Of a stretch of DNA of 64,000 nucleotides, positions 46,880 to 57,142 are shown in pieces. The notes beneath the pieces were generated by a model. That model ran no database searches. It had not been told where the DNA came from and saw only the letters and a program-made list of their open reading frames with translations. Numbering within the stretch: position 1 is the stretch's first letter; each line of letters opens with the position of its first letter. Origin of the DNA: an uncultured Chloroflexia bacterium. GTDB lineage: Bacteria; Chloroflexota; Limnocylindria; Limnocylindrales; CSP1-4. Made by a program: the position numbers and the translations under genes. The stretch is taken from the NCBI GenBank assembly GCA_963776285.1, contig CAVZLW010000002.1:235251-299250 (forward strand), in the 5' to 3' direction.

Positions 46880-47637
46880 CGGGCGTCGGGCTGCTGCTGC
46901 GCAAGGAGCTGCGCGAACAGGCACGCACGATGCGCCTGGTCGTTGTGGTCGCCGTCTTCGCGGTCTTCGGGCTCCTGTCGCCGGTCTTCGCGCGCTACGT
47001 CCGCGAGATCATCCAGGCAGTCGGGGGCGGCCAGTTCCAGGGCATCATCCCGGAGCCCGTCGTCGGCGACGCCGTCCTGCAGTTCACGAAGAACATGGGC
47101 CAGTTCGGCGTCCTCATCGCGATCCTCGTCACGATGGGCTCCGTGGCCACGGAGAAGGAGCGTGGCACGGCGGCCTTCCTCCTCACCAAGCCGATCACCC
47201 GCGGCGCCTTCGTCGCAGCCAAGGTCATGGCGATCGGGGGCCTGCTCGCCCTCGCGCTGGGCGTGGCGGGGATCCTCTGCTGGGTCTACACGACGATCCT
47301 GTTCGAGCCCCTGCCCGTGGCCGGCTTCGCGGCAGCCGTGGGGCTCATCTGGCTCTCACTGGCGGTCTTCGCCGCGTTGACGTTCCTGGCCTCCGTGGTG
47401 ACCCGCTCGGCGCTCGTCGCCGGAGGAGTCGGCTTCGGCCTCTTCCTCGTCGTCGGCATCCTCTCGGCGCTGCCCACCATCGGGCCCTACATGCCGACCA
47501 GCCTCTGGGGTGTGGCCGACGCGCTGGCGCTCGGCGTCGTCCCGGATCAACTGCTGGGTCCCGTGATCGCGAACGCGGCGTTCGTGGCCGCGGCCCTGGG
47601 CCTCGCCTGGTGGGTGTTCCGCCGCCAGGAGCTCTAG
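46876..47637 (+). CDS. ABC-2 type permease
   Basis: LLRKELRE, EKERGTAAFLLTKPITR...AK, FRRQEL. ATGA overlap with the ATPase gene. Confidence 0.9.
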   Translation: MTGVGLLLRKELREQARTMRLVVVVAVFAVFGLLSPVFARYVREIIQAVGGGQFQGIIPEPVVGDAVLQFTKNMGQFGVLIAILVTMGSVATEKERGTAAFLLTKPITRGAFVAAKVMAIGGLLALALGVAGILCWVYTTILFEPLPVAGFAAAVGLIWLSLAVFAALTFLASVVTRSALVAGGVGFGLFLVVGILSALPTIGPYMPTSLWGVADALALGVVPDQLLGPVIANAAFVAAALGLAWWVFRRQEL

Positions 47638-47681
47638 GCCGGCCGGGATCCTCGACCGGCGCGGGCCCTAGACTGTTCACC

Positions 47682-48662
47682 CTAGACCGCCGGGGTGTCG
47701 AGCAACGCAGGCGGCGCGGGCGGGTTCGACCGCGGGCGCACCCGGCGTACGACCAGCACGGCGATGCCGATCGCCGTACTGACGACGAGGGCGAGCGGCA
47801 GCAGGACGATCCCGACCCAGATGCCTGCATTCGCAACGCCCTGGGCAAGCCCGACCAGCGTGGCCGCCGCGCGGTCGATCTCCGCCCCGGGATCCCAGCC
47901 TTCGCGCACCTGGGTGACCGCGACCGCTGGCGGCAGGGAGAACCCGACGGTCAGCGTCGCGAGCGCCGCCTGCTTCTCGAGGGACTGCTTCTGGGCTGTC
48001 AGCTGCTCGATCTCCTGGCGGACGCCGGTGAGCTGCGCCTGGACCTCGAGGATGTCCGGGATCTTCGTGGCCTTGGCCATGATCGCCTGGAGGGCCGACT
48101 CGGTCGCCCGCAGGTTGACGAGGCGGGCGCCCAGGTCGACCACCTGGCTCGTGACCTCCTCGCTGGCGGTCTGCTCTGCCAGGACCTTGGAGCCGACCGC
48201 CCGGAGCGCGGCGAGCGCGGCCTCCCAGCGCTCGGCCGGGATCCGGAATGTCACCGTCGCGCTGGCGGAGTCGCCGTCGCCCTGGCGTTGCGACGCGGCC
48301 ACGTAGCCGCCGGCGGCCGTGACGGCCTTGTCCGCCGCAGCGATGGCGTCGTCGAGGACGGCCACCTGGAGCGTCAGCTGGCCGGTGCGGACGATGAGGG
48401 GCCCGCTCGTCGTGCCGTCGTTGGCGGCGGCGGGGGCATGGGTTTCGGTGCCGGCCTTCCCTCCGGCATCGGGCTGCCCGGCGGTCGCGGCCGCCACGGG
48501 TTGCCTCCCACCCTGGTCGGCGGGCACCCCTGCCGGCGCAAGCGCCGCGCTGCCCCCGCAGGCGGTCATGGCGAGGGCCACGGCTGCCAGCGCGCCGAGG
48601 CGAAGGGCCGACGAGCGCGCGGTCCGCGGCCGGTGAGCGAGAAACGGCAAGATACCGGTCAT
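47682..48662 (-). CDS. DUF4349 lipoprotein with C-terminal TM anchor
   Basis: Lipobox LAMTAC, LIVRTG.L.L.V, GGYV, RIPA, EEVTSQVVDLGARL, coiled coil, TM helix. Confidence 0.85.
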   Translation of the reverse strand: MTGILPFLAHRPRTARSSALRLGALAAVALAMTACGGSAALAPAGVPADQGGRQPVAAATAGQPDAGGKAGTETHAPAAANDGTTSGPLIVRTGQLTLQVAVLDDAIAAADKAVTAAGGYVAASQRQGDGDSASATVTFRIPAERWEAALAALRAVGSKVLAEQTASEEVTSQVVDLGARLVNLRATESALQAIMAKATKIPDILEVQAQLTGVRQEIEQLTAQKQSLEKQAALATLTVGFSLPPAVAVTQVREGWDPGAEIDRAAATLVGLAQGVANAGIWVGIVLLPLALVVSTAIGIAVLVVRRVRPRSNPPAPPALLDTPAV

Positions 48663-48795
48663 CGGGGCAACCCCTGTGCTCGACGCGGTGAGGGCTGGGC
48701 CCGCGTCACGACCCACCGACGGCGTTCGGCAGGCAGCGGTTCCCAAGAGGTCCTGGCGCCGGACCGAGATGGACGCGACGAGGGCGCCGGGCTTC

Positions 48796-49674
48796 TCAGC
48801 CGAGGACGACGTTGTCGATCAGGCGCGTCGTCCCGAAGCGAGCCGCGAGCGAGAGGAGCGCCGGGCCGTCCAGCCTCTCGAGCTCCACGAGCGTCGCGTC
48901 GTCTGCCAGCGACACGTACTCCAGCCGGGCGAGCGGCTCCCTGGCGACAACCTCGCGAACGACCGCCAGGATGGCCTCGGCGTCGCGCTCGCCGGCCTCC
49001 CAGCGGACCCGGCCCGCCTCCAGGGCACGGTGGAGGATCGCGGCCGCGGCGCGTTCGGCCGGCGCCAGGTGGACGTTCCGCGAGCTCATGGCCAGGCCGT
49101 CCGGCTCTCGCACGGTGGCGCAGGGGACGACCGTCGTCAGGGCGAGGTCCCGTGCCATCCGGGCAACCACCCGCAGCTGCTGAGCGTCCTTCATCCCGAA
49201 GTAGGCCCGGTCGGGCCGCACGATCCCGAAGAGGACGGCGACGACCGTCGTGACCCCGTCGAAATGGCCCGGGCGTGCCGCCCCCTCCAGGGGCCCGGCG
49301 AGGGCACCCACGCTGACGCTCGTGTCGAAGCCCGGCGGATAGACGTCGCCGGCCCCGGGAGCCCAGACGAGGTCGACGCCCTCCTCGGCGCAGATCCCGA
49401 GATCGCGGGCCTCGTCCCGCGGGTACCGGGCCAGGTCCGCGGGGCTGCCGAACTGGCGTGGGTTGACGAAGATCGAGACGATGACGCTTGCGCACTCGGT
49501 GCGGGCACGCGCGATCAGCGAGCGATGGCCCGCGTGGAGCCAGCCCATCGTGGGCACGAGGCCGATCGGCCGGGGCAGCCGGGCGAGCGCCACGGCGAGC
49601 TCGGCCCGCGATCGGACGACGAGGCGGTCGCTGGCCGAGCTCCCGGGGAGCGACGGGTCGCCTGCGCGGGTCAC
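48796..49674 (-). CDS. panC: Pantoate--beta-alanine ligase
   Basis: VPTMGWLHAGH, SIFVNPRQF, RPGHFDGV, FGMKDAQQ, REPDGLAMSSRN, RLIDN. Confidence 0.96.
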   Translation of the reverse strand: MTRAGDPSLPGSSASDRLVVRSRAELAVALARLPRPIGLVPTMGWLHAGHRSLIARARTECASVIVSIFVNPRQFGSPADLARYPRDEARDLGICAEEGVDLVWAPGAGDVYPPGFDTSVSVGALAGPLEGAARPGHFDGVTTVVAVLFGIVRPDRAYFGMKDAQQLRVVARMARDLALTTVVPCATVREPDGLAMSSRNVHLAPAERAAAAILHRALEAGRVRWEAGERDAEAILAVVREVVAREPLARLEYVSLADDATLVELERLDGPALLSLAARFGTTRLIDNVVLG

Positions 49675-50588
49675 AGGTCCCGGTCGAGCGGGATCCCCCC
49701 CGCGACCGCGTCGGTGGTGCCGGGCCGATCGACCACGCCGCGCCCGAGGACCTCGTCGAGGACCGCTTCCTCCATGCGCGTCGTCTGCGCGTCGCCGGGG
49801 AACGTTCCCGCCTCCACCTCTTCCCGGTAGGCCGACACGGCAGCGCGGATCGTGCCGCGCAGGTCGGCGTACGGCTTCGCGTGGCGCGGGACGAACGAGC
49901 CGAGCCCGAGCACGTCGGTGATCACCTGGATCTGCCCGGCGCAGCCCGCCCCGGCCCCGATGCCGATCGTGGGGATGCGCAGGCGAGCGGTGATCGCCGT
50001 CGCCAGCTGCTCCGGGACGAGCTCGAGGACGACGGCGAAGGCGCCGGCTTCCTGGACGGCCAGCGCGTCGTGGAGAAGCGCGCGCGCCTGCTCGCGGTTC
50101 TTGCCCTGGACGCGCACCTTGCCGAGGGCGTTGATGGCCTGGGGTGTGAGGCCGATGTGGCCCATGACCGGGATCCCGGCCCTGACCAGCGCGTCGATGG
50201 TGCGGGCCGAGCGAGCCCCGCCTTCGATCTTGACGGCCTGGGCGCCAGCCTCGCGGAGGAACCGGCCGGCGTTGGCGAGGGCGTCCTCCGGGGTGGCATA
50301 GGACAGGAACGGCATGTCGCCGACGATCATCGCCCGCCGCGTCCCGCGGACCACCGCCTTGGTGTGGTGGAGCATCTCCTCCATCGTCACGCGCACCGTC
50401 GTGTCGTAGCCGAGGAGCACCTGGCCGACCGAGTCGCCGACGAGGATCGAAGGGATGCCCGCCTCGTCGACGAGCTGCGCCGTCGGGTAGTCGTAGGCAG
50501 TGAGCATCGCGATCCGCTCGCCGTCGGCGTGCATCCGGGCGAAGTCGAGGACGGTGAAGCGGCTGGGGCCGGCGGGTGGAGCGCTCAC
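49671..50588 (-). CDS. panB: 3-methyl-2-oxobutanoate hydroxymethyltransferase
   Basis: MLTAYD, LVGDS, DMPFLSY, KIEGG, GHIGLTPQ, TIGIGAG. Confidence 0.96.
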   Translation of the reverse strand: MSAPPAGPSRFTVLDFARMHADGERIAMLTAYDYPTAQLVDEAGIPSILVGDSVGQVLLGYDTTVRVTMEEMLHHTKAVVRGTRRAMIVGDMPFLSYATPEDALANAGRFLREAGAQAVKIEGGARSARTIDALVRAGIPVMGHIGLTPQAINALGKVRVQGKNREQARALLHDALAVQEAGAFAVVLELVPEQLATAITARLRIPTIGIGAGAGCAGQIQVITDVLGLGSFVPRHAKPYADLRGTIRAAVSAYREEVEAGTFPGDAQTTRMEEAVLDEVLGRGVVDRPGTTDAVAGGIPLDRDL

Positions 50589-51994
50589 GGGACGCGGTTC
50601 TCCTGCAGGGGCTCGTCGTCCGCAGTCTGCGCCGCCCGGTCGCGAGCGTCCAGCGCCGCCACCACGCGGTCGAGGATCCGGTCGGCGACCTCGCGCTTCG
50701 GCAGGAGCGGAAGCGCCTCCTCCGCCCCGCCGGCAGCGAGGAACGTGACCCGGTTCGTCGAGCTGCCGAAGCCGGAGCCGACCTCGGCCACGTCGTTGGC
50801 GACCAGGAGGTCGACGCCCTTCCTGGCGAGCTTCCCGGCGGCCCGGTCGAGGCTGCCGGTCTCGGCGGCGAAGCCGACGAGGATCGGTCGCGGCTCGAAA
50901 GGCCGGCCCGCCGGCGTGCCCGCCTCGTCCAGGCCCCGGACGAGGCGGCCGATCTCCGCGAGCAGGTCGGGGTTCGCGACGAGCTCCAGCGTGAGCCGCT
51001 CGTCCGTGCGTGCCAGCTTATGGTCGGCCGGTGTCGACGGACGGAAGTCGGCGACGGCGGCCGCCATCACGAGGGCATCGAAGCCCGGGCCGCCGGGCAG
51101 CGTCACGAGGAGGTCGCGCAGGGCGGAGCGCATGGCCTCGGCGGTCTCCGCCCGGACGATCTCCACGCCCTCCGGCAGCGCCACGCTCACCATGCCGGCC
51201 ACCAGGGTGACCCGTGCGCCGCGGTCGCGGGCGGCCTCGGCGAGGGCGACGCCCATCGTCCCGGTGCTGCGATTCCCGATGTAGCGGACCGGGTCGATCG
51301 GCTCGGCCGTGCCGCCGGCCGTCACCACGACGTGGCGTCCGACGAGGTCGTCGCCATCGCGGGCCAGCCCCTCGACCTGGGCGGCGGGCAGGCGTGGCGG
51401 GCGGTCCGCGGGATCGGGGCGGCGAACCGGCCGGTCGCCGATGGCCGCGACGACGGCGTCGATGATGGCTGCCAGGTCGGCGAGGCGGCCCGGGCCAACC
51501 TGGCGCGAAGCGAGCAGCCCGCTCTCGGGCTCGACGATCAGGTAGCCGAACGTGTCGCGGAGGATCGCGACGTTGGCCTGCGTGGCCGGATGGGCGTACA
51601 TGTCGCCGTCCATGGCAGGGGCGACCACGACCGGCGCGGCCGTCGCGAGACAGGTCGCCGTCACGACGTCGGCCGCAAGCCCGTGGGCCATCGCGCCGAG
51701 CCAGTGGGCGGTCGCCGGCGCGACGAGGATGGCGTCGGCCGCATCTGCCGTCAGCACGTGGCCGATCCGCCCGTCGGGGAGCAGATCCAGCACCTCGGCG
51801 TCGACGTGCCGGCGTGACAGGGCCGCCAGCGTGAGCGGGGCCACGAACCGCGTCGCCGAGGGCGTCATCAGCACCTGCACCTCGGCTCCCTCCGCGCGCA
51901 GGAGGCGGAGCAGGTCGACCGACTTGAACGCGGCGATCGAGCCGGTGACCCCGAGACCGATGAAGCGGCCGTCGAGCCGTCCGCCGGCGCTCAT
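50585..51994 (-). CDS. coaBC: Bifunctional PPC decarboxylase / PPC synthetase
   Basis: GVTGSIAAFK, APATA, APAMD, TAGGT.E.IDPVRYIGNRSTG.MG, AAAVADF, GFAAET, VANDV. Confidence 0.95.
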   Translation of the reverse strand: MSAGGRLDGRFIGLGVTGSIAAFKSVDLLRLLRAEGAEVQVLMTPSATRFVAPLTLAALSRRHVDAEVLDLLPDGRIGHVLTADAADAILVAPATAHWLGAMAHGLAADVVTATCLATAAPVVVAPAMDGDMYAHPATQANVAILRDTFGYLIVEPESGLLASRQVGPGRLADLAAIIDAVVAAIGDRPVRRPDPADRPPRLPAAQVEGLARDGDDLVGRHVVVTAGGTAEPIDPVRYIGNRSTGTMGVALAEAARDRGARVTLVAGMVSVALPEGVEIVRAETAEAMRSALRDLLVTLPGGPGFDALVMAAAVADFRPSTPADHKLARTDERLTLELVANPDLLAEIGRLVRGLDEAGTPAGRPFEPRPILVGFAAETGSLDRAAGKLARKGVDLLVANDVAEVGSGFGSSTNRVTFLAAGGAEEALPLLPKREVADRILDRVVAALDARDRAAQTADDEPLQENRVP

Positions 51995-52788
51995 GCCTCG
52001 TCTGCCCCTGCCACGGCGCGATGGAACAGGATCAGTCCCCGCAGGGTGAGCTCGGGGTCGATGGCGTCGACGCCGTCCACCGTGCGCGCCCAGGGCAGCG
52101 AGGCGAGCCCCCCGGTGAGCACGACCCTGACGTCGTGGGGTGCCATCCCGGCGCCGGCGGCCAGCTCGCGCCGCATCCGCCCCAGGAGGCCCTCGATCAT
52201 CGCCCGGTGGCCCAGCACGGCCCCCACCCGGATCGCCGCCGCGGTGTCCCGTCCGATGGGGCCGTCGGGGAGGCGCGGCTCCACGTGGGGCAGGCGAGCG
52301 GTCCTGGCCGCAAGGGCTTCGAGGCCCAGCGCCAGGCCCGGCGCGATGGCTCCCCCCACGAAGGCGCCCGCCTGGTCGATGGCGTCGAGCGTGGTGGCCG
52401 TCCCGCAGTCGACGACGACGGTGGGCGTGCCGTAGAGGTGGGCGGCCGCGTAGGCGTTGACGAGGCGGTCGGGGCCGACGTCACCGGGTCGCTCGACGCG
52501 GACCGGGATCGGGACCGTGCCGGCCGACGCGATGACGCAGGGGATCGTGCGGCGCGCCGCGATCGTCTCCAGGGCCGCGGCCACGGCCGGGACCGTGGAG
52601 GCGAGGGCGATGGCGGACGCGTCGGCCAGGCGTCGGCCGTCGAGGCCGAGCAGTCCGTCGAGGAGCAGCTCGAGCTCGTCGGGCGTCGCGGTGCTCGACG
52701 TCGCGGCGCGCCGGGTTGCCGCAAGCGCCCCGTCGCGTGCCGTTCCCAGGCGAAGGTTCGTGTTGCCGACGTCGATCGCGAGGAGCAT
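51991..52788 (-). CDS. coaX: Type III pantothenate kinase
   Basis: LLAIDVGNTN, VGPDR, VVDCGTATT.D, GGAIAPG, LTGG, LTLRGL. Confidence 0.95.
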   Translation of the reverse strand: MLLAIDVGNTNLRLGTARDGALAATRRAATSSTATPDELELLLDGLLGLDGRRLADASAIALASTVPAVAAALETIAARRTIPCVIASAGTVPIPVRVERPGDVGPDRLVNAYAAAHLYGTPTVVVDCGTATTLDAIDQAGAFVGGAIAPGLALGLEALAARTARLPHVEPRLPDGPIGRDTAAAIRVGAVLGHRAMIEGLLGRMRRELAAGAGMAPHDVRVVLTGGLASLPWARTVDGVDAIDPELTLRGLILFHRAVAGADEA

Positions 52789-52924
52789 GCGCCGATGATA
52801 GGCCGCGACGGGTTCCCCGCGGACGCCGGGGTGCGCTACGATCCGGGCGACGCGCCGGGAACCTGCCCCAGGGGTCCCGGGAGCGGTCGCACGGTCCCCG
52901 CCGGCCCACCCTGGAGGTGCCCCG

Positions 52925-53350
52925 ATGGCGCGCCCGACCTCCGCGAAGTACTTCGTGAACAGCGGCATCGTGTCGTCGAGGACCGACATCCTGAACCTGC
53001 TTCGCCCGCTCCAGAAGCAGACGGTCTCGTACCGGTACTTCCGCGGCCGCGACCTCGTCGCGCACGGGGCCGGGTGGGTCGAGCGCGTCGTGATCGACGA
53101 GCCGGAGACCTCGTCGTACTTCACGCCGGTCTCGATCTGCCTCAACGTCGACTCGTTCGAGCACCTCGAGTTCGAGACGCGGCCCGACCAGCTGATCGTC
53201 TACGCGCTCGTCGAGGGCGACGAGCGGATCGTCATCGAGTTCGCGCCCCTCGGCGAGGCCGCCGGCGGTGCGCCGGAGCAGCTCGCCTTCGACACGAGCG
53301 GCTTCGTCCAGATGGAGCTGATGGGCCCCGAGCTCGACGAGAGCGCCTGA
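52925..53350 (+). CDS. Hypothetical protein
   Basis: 141-aa ORF with GGAGG RBS and GC3 bias, divergent from coaX. No family recognised. Confidence 0.75.
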   Translation: MARPTSAKYFVNSGIVSSRTDILNLLRPLQKQTVSYRYFRGRDLVAHGAGWVERVVIDEPETSSYFTPVSICLNVDSFEHLEFETRPDQLIVYALVEGDERIVIEFAPLGEAAGGAPEQLAFDTSGFVQMELMGPELDESA

Positions 53351-53379
53351 CCCGTCGCGGCTCGCCGCGCCGCCGCGGA

Positions 53380-54348
53380 CTACTGCCCGCGCTCGCCGCG
53401 CACGTAGGGGATGCCCAGCGCCGCCGGGGCGCCGATTCGCTTGCGCATCGCCTCGAAGGAGACCGCGACGAGCACCACGATGATCAGGATGTAGGGGAGC
53501 ATCTCGAGGAAGAACGTCAGGGCATGGTTGTAGAAGAAGGGATTGTCGAAGCCGAACAGCTCCTTGGGCCCCTGGATGTCGATCAGGAGGCGCCGGATCG
53601 CGGCGAAGGCGTAGGCGCCCAGGGCGGCCCGCACGGGGCTCCACTGGGCGAAGATCACGAGCGCCACGGCGATCCAGCCCTGGCCGCTGGTCGTCAGGTC
53701 GCCGAACCACCCGGGCGAGACGGCGAGCGTGATCGTCGCCCCTGCGAGACCGGCGAACAGGCCCCCGACGAGGACGTACGCGTAGCGCAGGCGATACACG
53801 TCCACGCCCAGCGTGTCGGCCGCCGTCGGGTTCTCGCCGATGGCCCGCAGGTGCAGTCCGGGCCGGGTTCGCCCGATCCAGTACCAGGCGAGAGGCACGA
53901 CCGCATAGCCGACGTAGACCAGGACGCTCTGGTTGGTGAAGAGGATCGGGCCGACCACCGGGACCGCGGAAAGACCCGGCAGCGTGACCGTCGGCAGGAG
54001 GGCGATCGCCCCGGCCTTGGAGAGGTTCTCGCCGAGGACGCGGGCCAGGCCGGTGCCCAGGAAGGTGAGGGCCAGGCCGGAGACGACCTGTTCGGCCTGG
54101 AAGCTGATGGTGATGACGGCATGCAGCGCCGACAGCAGCCCGCCGGCCAGGGTGCCCAGGACCAGGCCGAGCCACGGGTTCCCTGTCGCGACGGCCGTCC
54201 CGAAGGCGACGACGGCGCCCATGAGCATCATCCCTTCGACGCCGAGGTTCAGGACGCCGGCCCGCTCGGCGAAGATCTCGCCCACGGCCGCGAACAGGAG
54301 GACCGTGCCGGAGGCGACCCCGGCGGCGAGGATGATCGTCGGGTCCAT
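53380..54348 (-). CDS. Nucleoside/sugar ABC transporter permease
   Basis: ERAGVLNLGVEG, GLHLRAIGENP.AA..LG, GQGWIAVALV, MLPY. Confidence 0.92.
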   Translation of the reverse strand: MDPTIILAAGVASGTVLLFAAVGEIFAERAGVLNLGVEGMMLMGAVVAFGTAVATGNPWLGLVLGTLAGGLLSALHAVITISFQAEQVVSGLALTFLGTGLARVLGENLSKAGAIALLPTVTLPGLSAVPVVGPILFTNQSVLVYVGYAVVPLAWYWIGRTRPGLHLRAIGENPTAADTLGVDVYRLRYAYVLVGGLFAGLAGATITLAVSPGWFGDLTTSGQGWIAVALVIFAQWSPVRAALGAYAFAAIRRLLIDIQGPKELFGFDNPFFYNHALTFFLEMLPYILIIVVLVAVSFEAMRKRIGAPAALGIPYVRGERGQ

Positions 54349-55478
54349 CAGGCGATCCGCCGGCCGATCCGGATGCGGTAGCGCAGGACCACCTCGCTGG
54401 CGATGAGGCAGAACAGGATGATCCCCTGGATCATGGCGGGGATGCCGGACGGCTGGATCTCGCGCCCGGCCAGGATCAGGGCCCCGAAGCCGATGGAGGC
54501 GACGACGACTCCGTATGGGTGGAACTTGGCGATGAAGGCGATGATGATCGCCGTGAAGCCGTAGCCCGGGGAGATCGACTGCTGGAGCCTGTGGACGACC
54601 CCGTCGACCTCGCTCATCCCGGCGAGCCCGGCCAGCGCCCCCGAGAGGGCGAAGACGATGATCGTGTTGCGGGCCACGTCGATGCCGGCGTAGCGGGCGG
54701 CTCGCGGGCTGTCGCCGATGAGCCGGATCTCGTAGCCGCGGCGGCTCCGGAACAGCAGGAACCGCACCAGCACCGCAGCGACGAGGCCGAAGGCCAGGCC
54801 CATGTGAACGGTCAGCCCGGCGAAGGCGGGCACGGCGTCGGCGTGGTCCGACAGGCGCGGCAGCCAGGCCTCGCGGGGGAACTGGGCGGTCAGCTGGAAG
54901 CCGCCCTCGCTCCACGGGCCGAAGACCCAGTACGAGATCCACAGGGCGGCGACGTAGTTCAGCATCAGGGTGACGATGATCTCGTTCACCCCGCGCACCG
55001 CCTTCAGGATCCCGGGGATGGCCCCGTAGGCGGCGCCGCACAGCATCCCCGCCGCCATCATGAGCGGGATCGTGACGAACGACGGCGTGCCAGGCGGCAC
55101 GATCGGGAGCAGGACGACCGCCGACGCGCCCCAGGCGCCCATCAGGAACTGGCCCTCGGCGCCGATGTTCCAGAGGCGCATCCGGAAGGCGAGGGCGCAG
55201 GCAAGCCCGGTGAGGATCAGCGGCGTTGCCGTGACCAGCGTGTCCGACAGGACACCCAGGCTTCCGAACGACGAGCTGATGATGTGGACGAAGATCGCAA
55301 ACGGGTCGCCGCCGGCGATCCAGAGGATGACCCCGCTGATCAGGAGCGCCACGACCACGGCGCCGAGCGTGGTCGCCAGGGGCAGCCAGCGTGGAACCTC
55401 CAGGCGCCGCTCCATGCGGACGGTCCAGGGCAGGATCCCGGCGCGCCCGGGCCGGCGCACGGGCGCCTGCGCGGTCAC
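54348..55478 (-). CDS. Nucleoside/sugar ABC transporter permease
   Basis: WNIGAEGQ, VNEIIVTLMLNY, AARYAGI, GYGFTAI. Confidence 0.92.
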   Translation of the reverse strand: MTAQAPVRRPGRAGILPWTVRMERRLEVPRWLPLATTLGAVVVALLISGVILWIAGGDPFAIFVHIISSSFGSLGVLSDTLVTATPLILTGLACALAFRMRLWNIGAEGQFLMGAWGASAVVLLPIVPPGTPSFVTIPLMMAAGMLCGAAYGAIPGILKAVRGVNEIIVTLMLNYVAALWISYWVFGPWSEGGFQLTAQFPREAWLPRLSDHADAVPAFAGLTVHMGLAFGLVAAVLVRFLLFRSRRGYEIRLIGDSPRAARYAGIDVARNTIIVFALSGALAGLAGMSEVDGVVHRLQQSISPGYGFTAIIIAFIAKFHPYGVVVASIGFGALILAGREIQPSGIPAMIQGIILFCLIASEVVLRYRIRIGRRIA

Positions 55479-57070
55479 GGCACGATCCTCGTGGCGTCGC
55501 CCGGCTCGACCGTCGGCGATGGCGTTCCGCCGGTCATCAGGAGGCCGATCTCGGCGATGTCCGCGGCGCTGGCGTCGAACAGCCCGACGATGCGTCCCTC
55601 GTACACCACGGCGATCCGGTCCGACAGGGCGAGCACCTCGTCGAGGTCCTCGCTGATCATGATCGTCGCCGAGCCCGCGGCCCGCTGGTCGAGCAGGAGC
55701 CGATGGACCGTCGAGATGGCCCCCACGTCGAGCCCCCGCGTCGGCTGGACGGCCACCATCAGCCTCGGCTGCGAGGTGATCTCGCGGGCCAGGATGAGGC
55801 GCTGGAGATTGCCGCCCGAGAGGAGCCGCGCTTCCGTGTCGACCGAGGGCGAGGCGATGCTGTAGGAGTCGCGGAGGCGGTTGGCGAGACGCCGGACGGC
55901 GCTCGCGTCGATCGACCAGCGCCGCGCCAGCGGGGCATCGCGATAGCTCTTCATGATCAGGTTGTCGGCCACCGACAGGTTGGGCGCGCTGCCGACGCCG
56001 GTCCGGTCCTCGGGCACGTGGGCGACGTGCTGGGCGATGGCGTCGCGCGGCGTCCGGTTGGCGACCTCGACGCCGTTGACGGTGACCGAGCCACGTGTGC
56101 AGCGGCGGAGGCCCGTCAGGACCTGGGCAAGCTCGGACTGGCCGTTGCCGGCGACCCCGGCGACGCCGAGGATCTCGCCCGCCCGCACGTCGATGGAAAC
56201 CCCCCGCAGGGCCGGCAGCCCGCGGTCGCTCTCGGCCTCGACGTCGCGCAGGCTCAGCACGACCGGACCGGGGGTGAACGGCGTCCGTTCGATCGTCTCG
56301 ACGACCTCCCGGCCCACCATGAGGTGGGCCAGCCCGGCGCTCGTCGTCTCGGCGCCGGCCACCCCGGCGGCCGTCACCTTGCCCCGCCGCATGACCGTGA
56401 TCCGGTCGGCGATCTGGGCGACCTCCGCGAGCTTGTGGCTGATGAAGACGACGGACGCCCCGTCGGCGACCATGGAGCGAAGGGTCCGGAAGAGGTCCTG
56501 GGCCTCCAGGGGCGCGAGCACCGCGGTCGGCTCGTCGAGGATGAGGATGCGCGCTCCCCGGTAGAGCATCTTCAGGATCTCGACCCGTTGCTGCTCCCCG
56601 ACCGAGAGCTGCCAGATGCGGGCTCGTGGATCGACCGCAAGCCCGTGGCGCCGGGCCAGCTCCGCGATCTCCTCGTCGTAACGGCCGGCATCGAGGCGGA
56701 AGCGCGGACGGGCGAGGCCGATGAGCACGTTCTCGGTCACCGTCTGGGTGGGCACGAGCGCGAAATGCTGGTGAACCATCCCCACGCCGGCCGCGATCGC
56801 GTCGCGCGGCGACCGGAACTCCACCCGTTCACCGCGCACCAGGATCTCACCCGCCTCGGGCCGGTACAGGCCGTCGAGCACGTTCATCAGCGTGCTCTTG
56901 CCCGCCCCGTTCTCGCCGAGGAGGGCGTGAACCTCGCCGACGCGGAGATCGAAGTCCACGCCGTCGTTGGCGACGACACCTGGGAAGCGCTTGACGATGC
57001 CGCGCAGCTCGACCGCCAGCTCTCCCGCGGCGTCCGGCGCGGGGCTGGCGGCTGTCGGTGCGGCGGTCAT
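55475..57070 (-). CDS. Nucleoside/sugar ABC transporter tandem ATPase
   Basis: GENGAGKST, LSVGEQQR, LDEPT, LSGGNLQR, QPTRGLD. Confidence 0.94.
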   Translation of the reverse strand: MTAAPTAASPAPDAAGELAVELRGIVKRFPGVVANDGVDFDLRVGEVHALLGENGAGKSTLMNVLDGLYRPEAGEILVRGERVEFRSPRDAIAAGVGMVHQHFALVPTQTVTENVLIGLARPRFRLDAGRYDEEIAELARRHGLAVDPRARIWQLSVGEQQRVEILKMLYRGARILILDEPTAVLAPLEAQDLFRTLRSMVADGASVVFISHKLAEVAQIADRITVMRRGKVTAAGVAGAETTSAGLAHLMVGREVVETIERTPFTPGPVVLSLRDVEAESDRGLPALRGVSIDVRAGEILGVAGVAGNGQSELAQVLTGLRRCTRGSVTVNGVEVANRTPRDAIAQHVAHVPEDRTGVGSAPNLSVADNLIMKSYRDAPLARRWSIDASAVRRLANRLRDSYSIASPSVDTEARLLSGGNLQRLILAREITSQPRLMVAVQPTRGLDVGAISTVHRLLLDQRAAGSATIMISEDLDEVLALSDRIAVVYEGRIVGLFDASAADIAEIGLLMTGGTPSPTVEPGDATRIVP

Positions 57071-57094
57071 CTGGATGCCACGGCTCCGTGGAAC

Positions 57095-57133
57095 GACGAG
57101 GCCCGCGACGAGCGGATCGTCGCGGGCCTCGTC
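57095..57133. terminator. Intra-operon hairpin after the substrate-binding gene
   Basis: GACGAGGCCCGCGACGA-GCGGA-TCGTCGCGGGCCTCGTC, a perfect 17-bp stem. Confidence 0.65.
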
Positions 57134-57142
57134 AGGCTTGCG

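Noticed and set aside
45578-47637. PLDc_N-ABC operon as a novel system
   Set aside because: It matches the known yxlE-yxlF-yxlG type arrangement.
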